DNA of 64,000 nucleotides from an uncultured bacterium (GTDB lineage: Bacteria; Bacillota_I; Bacilli_A; RFN20; CAG-826): the NCBI GenBank assembly GCA_949285325.1, contig CASDYZ010000007.1, forward strand, positions 17,215-81,214. Direction: 5' to 3'. The notes below the pieces were generated by a model. It did no database searches and was not told where the DNA came from. It saw only the letters and a program-made list of their open reading frames with translations. Positions 19,891 to 29,196 of this stretch are shown here, piece after piece (position 1 is the stretch's first letter; every line of letters begins with the position of its first letter). A program made the position numbers and the translations under genes.

Positions 19891-20926
19891 TTTTAGCACC
19901 TCCTAATCTTTCTAATTCAATTTTATAAAGTTCAAATTCACGGTCGTCGCATCTGACAAAATGACCTGGTTCAATTTCTCTTAATGACGGTGGGTTGTCA
20001 CGCGTATATTGATGCGCAGTCGCACGGTTATAGACGACTATTTGTTTTTTCTTTTCAATTTCAGGATCTGGGATTGGTACCGCTGTTAGAAGCGCTTTTG
20101 TATAAGGGTGAAGAGGCGCTTCAAATAATCTATTCGCGTCAGCAAGTTCTACAATCTTACCAGAATTAATAACCGCGATTCGATCTGAAATATATTTAAC
20201 GACACTCAAATCGTGTGCGATAAATAAGACGGTCATCTTTCTTTCTTGTTGGAATTCTTTTATCAAGTTGAGTACCTGCGCGCGAATAGAGACATCTAGT
20301 GCAGATATTGGTTCATCAGCGATGACGAATTCTGGATTCATAATCATACATCTAGCGATACCAATTCTTTGACGTTGTCCACCACTAAATTCGTGAGGAA
20401 AACGAGTTAGGTATTCAGGTCTTAAACCAACTTTAATCATCATGTTAGTGACTTTTTGAAGGCGATCAGCCTCGTTCTCATAAAGATGGAACGCTCTTAA
20501 ACCTTCAGAAACGATATAGTCGATATTTGCCCTATCGTTAAGGGAATCGCCTGGATCTTGGAAGATCATTTGAATCTTTGTTTTTAACAATCTTTCTCTC
20601 GATTTTGGTATTTTCCCGCTAATCTTGACATTGTTATATAAGATTTCACCAGAACTTACTTTATTGATGCGGATAATAGCCCGCCCAACAGTAGTTTTAC
20701 CAGAACCCGATTCACCAACTAAACCTAAAATTTCTCCTCGTTTAATGTCGAGGTTTAAATGGTTTATAACAATACGTTCCGCAGTTCCAATTTTAAATGA
20801 GATTTTAACATCACGCATTTTTACAATAGGTTCTTCTTCAACATAATTTTCTTGAAAAACGTCTTCGACAGGGGCTTTTGAAGGCTTTTTCAAATCTTTT
20901 TCATTGTTTTTAGTCTTTTTTAACAT
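19883..20926 (-). CDS. oppF: oligopeptide ABC transporter ATP-binding protein
   Basis: Walker A GESGSGKTT, ABC signature FSGGQRQR, Walker B VIADEP; follows oppD. Confidence 0.85.
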   Translation of the reverse strand: MLKKTKNNEKDLKKPSKAPVEDVFQENYVEEEPIVKMRDVKISFKIGTAERIVINHLNLDIKRGEILGLVGESGSGKTTVGRAIIRINKVSSGEILYNNVKISGKIPKSRERLLKTKIQMIFQDPGDSLNDRANIDYIVSEGLRAFHLYENEADRLQKVTNMMIKVGLRPEYLTRFPHEFSGGQRQRIGIARCMIMNPEFVIADEPISALDVSIRAQVLNLIKEFQQERKMTVLFIAHDLSVVKYISDRIAVINSGKIVELADANRLFEAPLHPYTKALLTAVPIPDPEIEKKKQIVVYNRATAHQYTRDNPPSLREIEPGHFVRCDDREFELYKIELERLGGAKNG

Positions 20927-22070
20927 TTAAGTTGCCCTCCTGTCTTTCAAGTTCTTCCGCTGCTGCTTTCATTCTTTCATGAAGTTCTTCAATGACTTTT
21001 GGTTTTTTGATTTTTGGTGCGTAAGGAGATAATAACCAAGTTTTTGCCCAGTGTGTTTCACTGATTTTAAAAGCTGGTGGCTCTCTTACAAAATCAATAT
21101 TCATCGCGTATTCATTTCTAGGTGCGAAAGCATCACCGATAATTTCTTTACCAAAGCTTGGTGGATTACCTTTGATATAACTAAGTGGTTCGTCTTTTGT
21201 CCCTAGTTGAGGTAAAGAACACAAAAGTGCCCAAGTGTAAGGATGAGCAGGATGATAAAATACTTCATTAACTTTTCCGTATTCGACAATTTGCCCACCG
21301 TACATGACCGCGATTCGATCAGCAATATTTGCCACGACACCTAAGTCATGGGTAATAAATATAGTTGTCCATTGATATTCTTTTTGTAAATCTTTGATAA
21401 GTTGAATAATTTGTGATTGGACTGTAACATCTAACGCGGTAGTTGGTTCATCACAAATCAATATTTCCGGGCGGCACGCCAGCGCGATTGCGATGACGAC
21501 TCTTTGCCTCATACCGCCAGAATATTGGAATGGATAATCTTTATATCTTTCTTCCGCGTGAGGTATCTTAACTTTTTCTAAAAGTGCGATTGCCTCTTTT
21601 TTAGCTTCTTCTTTATTCAACCCGTGGTGAATTCTAAGTACTTCACTAATTTGATAACCGATAGTTAAAAGAGGATTCAAACTAGTCATCGGATCCTGGA
21701 AGATAGTCGCAATTCTTTTCCCGCGAATTTGAAGCCAATCTTTATCAGTTTTAAATTGAGCTAAATCCATCCCATCAAACATGATGGAACCACTGTTGAT
21801 AAAGCCGTTTGAATCTAGCATACCAGTAAATGTTTTTGTAAATACTGATTTACCAGAACCAGATTCACCAACTATGGCGAGTGTCTCACCTTTATAGACA
21901 TCTAAATTAATATTTCTTAATACATGTGTCTTCTTCCCACGAGTGACAAATCCTATTTGTAAATCTCTTACAGAAAGAATGACTTCTTTTCCTTTTTCAG
22001 GAACGAATTCAGTCAGTGCACCTTTATCGATATCAATAGGAGCACGTGTTTTATTTTTTACTTTTTCCAC
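20910..22070 (-). CDS. oppD: oligopeptide ABC transporter ATP-binding protein
   Basis: Walker A GESGSGKS, signature YSGGMRQR, Walker B ILICDEPTTALD; GTG start with GGAGGT SD. Confidence 0.85.
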   Translation of the reverse strand: MEKVKNKTRAPIDIDKGALTEFVPEKGKEVILSVRDLQIGFVTRGKKTHVLRNINLDVYKGETLAIVGESGSGKSVFTKTFTGMLDSNGFINSGSIMFDGMDLAQFKTDKDWLQIRGKRIATIFQDPMTSLNPLLTIGYQISEVLRIHHGLNKEEAKKEAIALLEKVKIPHAEERYKDYPFQYSGGMRQRVVIAIALACRPEILICDEPTTALDVTVQSQIIQLIKDLQKEYQWTTIFITHDLGVVANIADRIAVMYGGQIVEYGKVNEVFYHPAHPYTWALLCSLPQLGTKDEPLSYIKGNPPSFGKEIIGDAFAPRNEYAMNIDFVREPPAFKISETHWAKTWLLSPYAPKIKKPKVIEELHERMKAAAEELERQEGNLNVKKD

Positions 22071-22083
22071 TTCTATTTACCTC

Positions 22084-23172
22084 CTATCGATGTGATTTTG
22101 GATCAGTCGCATCCGCTAGGGCAAGTCCTAGGTAGAAGAAAGCGACTGTCAAAGGTATCATAACCACTAATGGTCCAATCAATAAATATGGGTTTTCAAG
22201 CCATGCATATCCTGCGGTTGCTTCAGTTAAAACTTGTCCTAAAGTAATGTCGCCATCGCTGATTTTAAATGATAAATCGAAGAAGGCGAGACCAACCTCA
22301 GAACTAATTGCCGCCGGGATGGCGGTTGAAACAACGGTCACGATAACACTCACTAAATATGGTAATAAATTGTGATTTATCATCGTGATAGATTTTGAAC
22401 CAAGAGTTTGAGACGCAATGTTGTATTCACGGTTTCTAATAATAATAATTTGATTCCTAACAAAGCCAGCAAGGCCAATCCACCCGAGGGCAGAAAGGAG
22501 GAAAACAATAATCCAGAAACCATATTGTTTCATATATGGGGAGAAGTACTGCATGAGCATGATGTCGAGAAGAAGAGTAGGAATGTTATTAACAAAGTTC
22601 CTAAATTCAATCATGATAGGGTCTAACCAACGGAAATATCCCCAAGCCGCCCCGATAGCAATACCTAATATAATTTGAATAATCGCCACCACTGTACCTA
22701 AAAGAAGCGATAATCTAGTGCCTTCCCAAACACAAGACCACATATCTGTTCCTTCAAACCAAGAACCCATGTTTGCCCCGCATACACCAAACCAGTTGAC
22801 AGAATTAGGGCCTAGATATCCCGCGTTTGTGGCAAATGTCGTACCTTTGGTAATCATTCCACCTTGTTCTATAACTGGTGGAAAATAATGGATGATTGGT
22901 CCAAATATAGCAAAGAATACAATAATAGCAAGAATGACGATACACGCAATGGCTAATGGATTTTTAAATAATTGTGTAAAAGTCATTCTCCAGTATGAAT
23001 AAGGTGCACTTTCGAGTCTATCGATTTGTTCATCGCTCGTACCCACTACTTTAAATAAATCATTTAAATTAGTTTGTATGGTGTCATCTACTTCTACAGA
23101 ATCAATCGCACGAGGATCATCATCAATTAATTTAAATAAATTTTCTTCATCAATTTTATTTTTCTTTTTCAT
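22084..23172 (-). CDS. oppC: oligopeptide ABC transporter permease
   Basis: 362 aa polytopic permease in oppBCDF order; SD aggagg. Confidence 0.8.
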   Translation of the reverse strand: MKKKNKIDEENLFKLIDDDPRAIDSVEVDDTIQTNLNDLFKVVGTSDEQIDRLESAPYSYWRMTFTQLFKNPLAIACIVILAIIVFFAIFGPIIHYFPPVIEQGGMITKGTTFATNAGYLGPNSVNWFGVCGANMGSWFEGTDMWSCVWEGTRLSLLLGTVVAIIQIILGIAIGAAWGYFRWLDPIMIEFRNFVNNIPTLLLDIMLMQYFSPYMKQYGFWIIVFLLSALGWIGLAGFVRNQIIIIRNREYNIASQTLGSKSITMINHNLLPYLVSVIVTVVSTAIPAAISSEVGLAFFDLSFKISDGDITLGQVLTEATAGYAWLENPYLLIGPLVVMIPLTVAFFYLGLALADATDPKSHR

Positions 23173-23189
23173 TAAGATAATCCTCCTTT

Positions 23190-24362
23190 CTAATCTGAGA
23201 AGCTAATACGAGGATCAACCATCGCGGTGACGATATCACCAAGTAAGTATGAAAGAACACTTAAATATGCAGAAATTATAATAACACCCTGCAAAAGTGC
23301 CGCATTTTTTGTGTTATTCGCGGTAATAATTGCTTGTCCTATACCGTTAATACCATAAATATTTTCAAGGTAATAAGTTCCCATCAATGCACCAATGACG
23401 GCAGAAGGGAATGTTCTAACAAGAGGGACGACAGCGTTTCTTAGAATATGAACTCTCAATATTCTTCCGGACTTTAATCCTTTAGAACGGGCAAATTTGA
23501 CATAGTCACTGTTGAATTCATCGACCATGTATCTTCTAACCCATAACCCAATTCCCGCCATACCGGTAAATCCCATCGTAAGTACAGCTGGAAGCCAGCT
23601 GATAAAGTTAGAAGCTGTATATCGCTGAGGCATACCCATGACACCACAGAAAAGCGCCATCCAAATATAGTAATAAGCGACGCCAGGAATTGCGTCAATT
23701 GAAATAATATAAGCTTTACCTATTTTATCAAATGCACCATTTTGGTATTTAGCCATTAAAATACCAAAAGGGTAACCTAAACCAAGTTGAAGAACGACCG
23801 CTAAGATACCAATCTTAAACGACGTCATCATTCTACTTGACATGTAATTAATGACAAATTCTCCATCGCTGACACCAGCCAAATCATAAATACGGCCTAA
23901 ATCAATGATAAAGTTTTGACAGTTGCCAACTGCGTACATCATCGAATCAGTATCGATGCTGGTAATGCATAATGTTTTAGGGAAAGGTAAAATTGAATAG
24001 AAGAAATTAATCAATTGTTCTCCCATAGAACCAGCAAATCCCATATTCTCTTTCCAGTTGTCACAACGTAGATTATAAACTAAAGACCCTACAGGTACTT
24101 TAGGGTCGGCAAATTTTTCTACACAAGTAACGTCGGCTGGCTGCGCTAATCTGACTAAAAAGAATGTGACAAGAATCGCGAGCAAAACAGAAATAAGTGC
24201 TGAGCCAACTCTTCTAAATGAGTAATGAAGAAGAGGGTGACCAAACACTTTTTGCATTCCTGGGGTGTTACCAAACAATACTCTTTTTTTGACAAGGATA
24301 GAAAATATGACAAAAAGGACAACTGCGATGATGATAGTATATCCAACTAAATATAGTGTCAT
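23190..24362 (-). CDS. oppB: oligopeptide ABC transporter permease
   Basis: 390 aa polytopic permease; SD aaggagg. Confidence 0.8.
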   Translation of the reverse strand: MTLYLVGYTIIIAVVLFVIFSILVKKRVLFGNTPGMQKVFGHPLLHYSFRRVGSALISVLLAILVTFFLVRLAQPADVTCVEKFADPKVPVGSLVYNLRCDNWKENMGFAGSMGEQLINFFYSILPFPKTLCITSIDTDSMMYAVGNCQNFIIDLGRIYDLAGVSDGEFVINYMSSRMMTSFKIGILAVVLQLGLGYPFGILMAKYQNGAFDKIGKAYIISIDAIPGVAYYYIWMALFCGVMGMPQRYTASNFISWLPAVLTMGFTGMAGIGLWVRRYMVDEFNSDYVKFARSKGLKSGRILRVHILRNAVVPLVRTFPSAVIGALMGTYYLENIYGINGIGQAIITANNTKNAALLQGVIIISAYLSVLSYLLGDIVTAMVDPRISFSD

Positions 24363-24469
24363 ATAGCCCTCCTTTTAAGACAAAACGGGGTCGGCAATTT
24401 CTTATTAACAGAAATCACCGACTCCCTTATAGTTTAATTAAAACTTTTTAAGAAACTCGACGATAATGA

Positions 24470-26887
24470 TTAATAAATATTAATCGAGCCTCCACCAATT
24501 TCTTCAAGATAAGCTTCTTTTCTTTCAGCTTGTTCAGCACGTAAAGCGTTTCTTTCTTGACGTGTCAAGACTTCTTCAAGAACGTAAGTACCAGTTAAAC
24601 GGTCTCTACTTAAACCATACATACCACCTGGAGTTTCATATCCAGCAGCGCGTGATACACTCCAAGTCCAACCTTGACCATAGTTGACTTGAGGCATGTA
24701 GATAGCGAGTTCTTCAAGAAGCATATATTCTGCTTCAGCAAATAAGTCAAATCTTTCATTGTTATCATCAGTAATAGCGGCAGCTTCATCAACTAAAGCG
24801 TCATATTCAGTTAACAATTCTTCTTCGACGAGAATACCATCACTATTTAAATGATAATTTTCAATTTCGTCTAAACCTAAGTATGGGAAGACATCAGTCC
24901 AGTCACCATTTCTTGTATATGTATTCATATAAGATAATGGATCACCATAGTCAGCACCCCAACCCCATTGGACAGGTGCATAATCCCAACAACCATTTCT
25001 TGAAACAGTTTGATAATTGGTTTGATTGATTAAATCTGTTGGGACGACATTGAAGTAAGGATAAGTTCCTATATCCATAGGTTCGTCGACATTATTAAGT
25101 CTTAAATTCATACTGAGAATAGTGTCAGTATCGTTTTGTTGGGTATCACCATCAAACCACATTGAATAGTATTCAATATTGATAGGAAGGGTAATTTGTT
25201 GATTGCTTTCTGCTTGAGCGTTATATTGTTCGATTGCATCGAGCGCAATTTCGACATATTCCCAAACTTCTTCATCGGTTTTTTGTCTTGTATCATATTG
25301 TCCTGGTTCTAAAAGTCCAGCGACAGTGCCTTCTAAATTTTGTTCTTCTTCAGGTTTTGATAGTTCATCAACACCAGAAGGAATATTTAATTTATCAGCA
25401 TAAACTTCGTAAAGGTGATGTGTGACATAATCGTTACCATCATCATCGATAACGAAACCTTTTGGAGTGTAGGTGTGCACCATGTACTGTGAACGGAGAA
25501 GTTCATCAGCGACAGGATCTTCTTCTGATTCACCATATCTTTTGTTGTACACATCGTAATCTAAAGCATTTAAGATAGCTTCTCTAACTTCTTTAATTCT
25601 AAATGCACGAGCAGTATTCTCTACTGTTGCAAATGAGCCATAAGATGAATAAGAAGTTAATGTATTAGTTTTGTCTCTAGCCATGACGATGTTAGAACCA
25701 AACATATCGCCGATGGTGTCTAATAATCTAGCGTTGACACGTGAATCATATGGGTCCTCATAAGTTCCTGTGCCATCTGGTCCAGTAATGTAATTACGCC
25801 AACCGACTTCATCGTTAGTTGTGAGTGAGAAACCATCGATTTGATCAGTTTCAAATTGATCTCTAACATAAGTATCACCAATTGATGCTGGTGCGACTTG
25901 ATAGTCGATACGGTTAATTTTTATGATACTTGGATTCCAATAACTTTCATTCTTAACATAAATAACATTGTATTCATCGTAATCAGATAGTAAGAATGGT
26001 CCACAATATAAGATTTTATCATTATCTTTACCAAATTCAGTGAAGCGGACACTGTTTAAGAAATCTTCGTTGACTGGCAAATATGCAGAATATGTGAGCA
26101 TAGTTGGGAACCAACGAGATTGAGAATATAAACGATATGTGATGGTGCCACCACCATTAGGGGTGACTCCACTCGCTTCAATACCTAATCTTGATCCGCT
26201 AGCGATCGCGGCGATGTCGGATGCAAGTACTGGATTTTCACGGTAATGAGTACGATAGACAGTTGGATTATTAATTTCGATTTGTTCATTAATAAAATCT
26301 GCCATGTCTTGTTCATCCATACGGGCAAATTGTGGGCTACCACTTGCAATACCAGCAGCAATTTGGCTGTATTGGTAATACTCTTCGGCTCCGACGATGA
26401 AGTTGGATAACAAGTAAGTCAATGTACTTGCGTTTGTGTAATTTAAAATAGCTTTTGCAGAAGTTACCCAGTCATTTGCGGATACAAATTGAGGGGTTCC
26501 AGAGCCATTTTCACTAACGTATTGTTCGCCTTCATAAGTTACCCATTTTACACCGGTTCTAACAGTAAAGCTAAATTCGGTATAATCTGCGTTGTGCGTT
26601 GCGGTTTCAGCTAAATTTTTAACTAAGACATCGTATTCGTTATGAATTAATAGTCCATCGACAAAGTTAGCGAAATGCATCGCGTCTTGTGCTTCTTGCG
26701 TGTTCATGTAGTTCATGTCACCGACAGATGTAGCAAGGATTGAACGGTAAGTCTCTCTCTTTAAACGGCCGTTCAACAAATCGTAACTTGAATCAGTGAT
26801 ACGAGTACCACCGCCACCACCGGTACATGAAGCAAGGACTGCGACAAGACCTAGAATCATAGTTGATCTTATTTTTCCTAGTTTCAT
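24470..26887 (-). CDS. oppA: oligopeptide-binding lipoprotein (large Mollicutes/Erysipelotrichia-type OppA)
   Basis: 805 aa; signal peptide with lipobox LASC followed by a Gly-rich linker; first gene of the opp operon. Confidence 0.7.
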   Translation of the reverse strand: MKLGKIRSTMILGLVAVLASCTGGGGGTRITDSSYDLLNGRLKRETYRSILATSVGDMNYMNTQEAQDAMHFANFVDGLLIHNEYDVLVKNLAETATHNADYTEFSFTVRTGVKWVTYEGEQYVSENGSGTPQFVSANDWVTSAKAILNYTNASTLTYLLSNFIVGAEEYYQYSQIAAGIASGSPQFARMDEQDMADFINEQIEINNPTVYRTHYRENPVLASDIAAIASGSRLGIEASGVTPNGGGTITYRLYSQSRWFPTMLTYSAYLPVNEDFLNSVRFTEFGKDNDKILYCGPFLLSDYDEYNVIYVKNESYWNPSIIKINRIDYQVAPASIGDTYVRDQFETDQIDGFSLTTNDEVGWRNYITGPDGTGTYEDPYDSRVNARLLDTIGDMFGSNIVMARDKTNTLTSYSSYGSFATVENTARAFRIKEVREAILNALDYDVYNKRYGESEEDPVADELLRSQYMVHTYTPKGFVIDDDGNDYVTHHLYEVYADKLNIPSGVDELSKPEEEQNLEGTVAGLLEPGQYDTRQKTDEEVWEYVEIALDAIEQYNAQAESNQQITLPINIEYYSMWFDGDTQQNDTDTILSMNLRLNNVDEPMDIGTYPYFNVVPTDLINQTNYQTVSRNGCWDYAPVQWGWGADYGDPLSYMNTYTRNGDWTDVFPYLGLDEIENYHLNSDGILVEEELLTEYDALVDEAAAITDDNNERFDLFAEAEYMLLEELAIYMPQVNYGQGWTWSVSRAAGYETPGGMYGLSRDRLTGTYVLEEVLTRQERNALRAEQAERKEAYLEEIGGGSINIY

Positions 26888-27018
26888 TTCTTTTTCCTCC
26901 TTTGAAAATTTTCAATCATGAATGATTGTTAATACCTTACTACAAAACACAACAAAAACAAAGCGTTTTTTTACACACGCACATATATATGCTTGCATAT
27001 ATGGGAGGAAAAAATATT

Positions 27019-27393
27019 CTACAAAAGTGGAAAAACACCATTGACCATATACATTATGTCTATGACTATAAATGGTATTAAACAAATAATTCCAGCAATA
27101 TAAAATGGTAACCTTCTTTTCCAAAACGATGTCTTTATCTCGGGTTCTAATTTATCATCCCATCTTTTTGTCTTTCTTCTATAGGAGGCTTCTTTAGTGC
27201 TACCCCAAATATAACCAACTAAGAAAAAGATAACCATAATAGCCCCTAAAAGGTATGGATAGCCATAAAAAGGGGTGGCGTTTAAACTTGGGATAAGTGT
27301 AATTGCCACGATTATAAAAGGTAAAGACGCACCTATTACACCCATACATACACCGATAACCCAAACTCGATAATCTTTTAACGCTTTTAGCAT
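27019..27393 (-). CDS. small membrane protein, function unknown
   Basis: 124 aa, 3-4 TM helices; ATG 27393; divergent from the ATP-grasp gene. Confidence 0.4.
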   Translation of the reverse strand: MLKALKDYRVWVIGVCMGVIGASLPFIIVAITLIPSLNATPFYGYPYLLGAIMVIFFLVGYIWGSTKEASYRRKTKRWDDKLEPEIKTSFWKRRLPFYIAGIICLIPFIVIDIMYMVNGVFPLL

Positions 27394-27440
27394 GCATAGT
27401 ATTGTATCACAAGGTTATAAAAGTTTATAGTATAGTTGAT

Positions 27441-28355
27441 ATGGGAAATCCAAATTTAAAAGAAAATAAATTCAAACGTTTTGTCGCGGTGTCCATTCGA
27501 AATGTCATCAAATGTTTTTCACCTACCACATACGTCAAATTACAGTACAAATATATAACTGGACATAAGTTACGTCTAAATCCTCCTATAAGGTATACAG
27601 AAAAACTTCAATATTTGAGGTTATTTGTCTATCCAAAAACTCCACTTGTCTCTATGTGTGCTGGACGAGTAAGTGCTAGAAATTATGTAAAAGATGTGGG
27701 ATTTGAAAAGAATTTAATTAAAATTTATGGAGTTTTTGATAAATTTGAAGACATTGATTTTTCAAAATTACCAAACAAATTTGTTTTAAAATGTTCTCAC
27801 GCTTGTGCGTTTAATTATTTGTGCTACGACAAAGAAAAAATCGATTATAAAAAACTAAAAAAACAATTTGATAAATGGCTTAAAACGGACTATGGCAAAA
27901 AGACGGTTGAAAGACATTATTCTAATATTAAACCACAAATAATTGTTGAAGAATTTTTATTTGAAAACGATAAACTACCAACTGAATATAAAATACACTG
28001 CTTCAACGGCGTTGCTAAATCGATGTATGTTGTTACTTCAAGAGGTGTCGACATTCGTTATAACAATTATTATGTTGATTGGACTCCGTTTGATGGCTCA
28101 CAGTTCAATGGTTGGAAGAAAACTGATTATGAATTAAAAAAACCATCTAATTGGGACGAGATGGTCTTAATCGCAGAGACTCTTTCTAAGCCTTTCCCAT
28201 TCGTAAGAGTAGATTTATATAATATCGATGGAAAGATATATTTTTCTGAAATGACATTTACTCCCGCGAAAGGAACACTTATCCTCGATGATGATAAATG
28301 TGATTTTGAGATGGGAGAATGGTTAGATATAAGTAAATATATCAATACCAAGTAG
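27441..28355 (+). CDS. ATP-grasp fold amidoligase, TupA-like (teichuronopeptide-type)
   Basis: Track start 27402 is TTG; ATG 27441 gives MGNPNLKENKFKRF. Motifs FVLKCSHACAFNY ... YKIHCFNGVAKSMYVV ... RVDLYNIDGKIYFSEMTFTP resemble the ATPgrasp_TupA family. Confidence 0.6.
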   Translation: MGNPNLKENKFKRFVAVSIRNVIKCFSPTTYVKLQYKYITGHKLRLNPPIRYTEKLQYLRLFVYPKTPLVSMCAGRVSARNYVKDVGFEKNLIKIYGVFDKFEDIDFSKLPNKFVLKCSHACAFNYLCYDKEKIDYKKLKKQFDKWLKTDYGKKTVERHYSNIKPQIIVEEFLFENDKLPTEYKIHCFNGVAKSMYVVTSRGVDIRYNNYYVDWTPFDGSQFNGWKKTDYELKKPSNWDEMVLIAETLSKPFPFVRVDLYNIDGKIYFSEMTFTPAKGTLILDDDKCDFEMGEWLDISKYINTK

Positions 28356-29196
28356 TAAAAGGTATCATCATTTCATACACCATTATGGAGTAATCTAAAC
28401 CATATTCATCATGTAATTCATCTTCTATTAATTCAAATTCAATCGATATGCCACATAATCTAGATAAATTTAATCCATCTAGCGCAAAACCATAAAACCT
28501 ATAGCATCCTTCTGAGTGGCTTTCACCATAATTAGTTGGGATATTCTTTATCGTATAACTTGTTTTAATTTGGTTTAATGTATTATCAGTATTTTTTGTA
28601 TAAAAAGAAACACGCATTTCGATTGATGAAAAGTGTGGGTAAGATTCTTTTTCCTCATTAGTATAATCGACAGCGGCTTTAAAATTCATAGCAAAATAAG
28701 ATTTTCCGCCTTTATTGAAATCTTTAACTTCTTTATCAAACATGTGGCCAAAACCTTCTTCATTTAGTTGCACTCTCGCTAGTTGATAACGGCCGTTGCA
28801 AAACATTTGCCCATCAAATAATTTAGATAAATAACCATATCTAAAGGAGTCGTCGATCCTACTCATTTTGCGAGTCTCGCCATAAGCTTTGCCATATAAA
28901 TTAGGATCATCTACTCCTAATGGATTATCGTCCGAGTAAGAAAGACCACTATCTCGTTCAAAAGTATTTTCAGAATAGGTTTCAAAAACTTGGTCTATAC
29001 TATCTTGTAGTTTATAGTTTTGTATAGAAGTGACGTTATTTTTAAGTTGTCCATCCCAATGGCAATAATAATTTTCACTAAATATTGGGGAATTATAGGC
29101 GTTACCTTCATAAACATCATCTAACATCAAAGAACAAGATGAAGTAGACAACATAAATGTTAGAAATAAAACTATTTTATTCATCTTCGATTTCAT
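28342..29196 (-). CDS. putative lipoprotein, function unknown
   Basis: 284 aa; signal peptide with lipobox LSTSSC; 20-nt overlap with upstream membrane-protein gene. Confidence 0.5.
   Translation of the reverse strand: MKSKMNKIVLFLTFMLSTSSCSLMLDDVYEGNAYNSPIFSENYYCHWDGQLKNNVTSIQNYKLQDSIDQVFETYSENTFERDSGLSYSDDNPLGVDDPNLYGKAYGETRKMSRIDDSFRYGYLSKLFDGQMFCNGRYQLARVQLNEEGFGHMFDKEVKDFNKGGKSYFAMNFKAAVDYTNEEKESYPHFSSIEMRVSFYTKNTDNTLNQIKTSYTIKNIPTNYGESHSEGCYRFYGFALDGLNLSRLCGISIEFELIEDELHDEYGLDYSIMVYEMMIPFTTWY

Noticed and set aside
18242-25425. Small ORFs inside the LRR and oppA-F genes (18242-18475, 19358-19621, 19984-20169, 20625-20846, 22408-22626, 23474-23698, 24155-24346, 24610-24792, 25108-25296, 25234-25425).
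   Set aside because: All overlap strongly supported longer genes on the opposite strand or in another frame; none has an SD.
26902-26915. Calling TTGAAAATTTTCAA a CodY box.
   Set aside because: Half-site order (GAAAA-TTTTC) is inverted relative to the canonical AATTTTCWGAAAATT. It is kept as an unnamed palindromic operator candidate.
26912-27397. ORFs 26912-27124 and 27200-27397 (minus).
   Set aside because: The first covers the opp promoter/leader and the 3' end of the small membrane protein gene in another frame. The second is an alternative frame of the 27019-27393 gene. Both are spurious.
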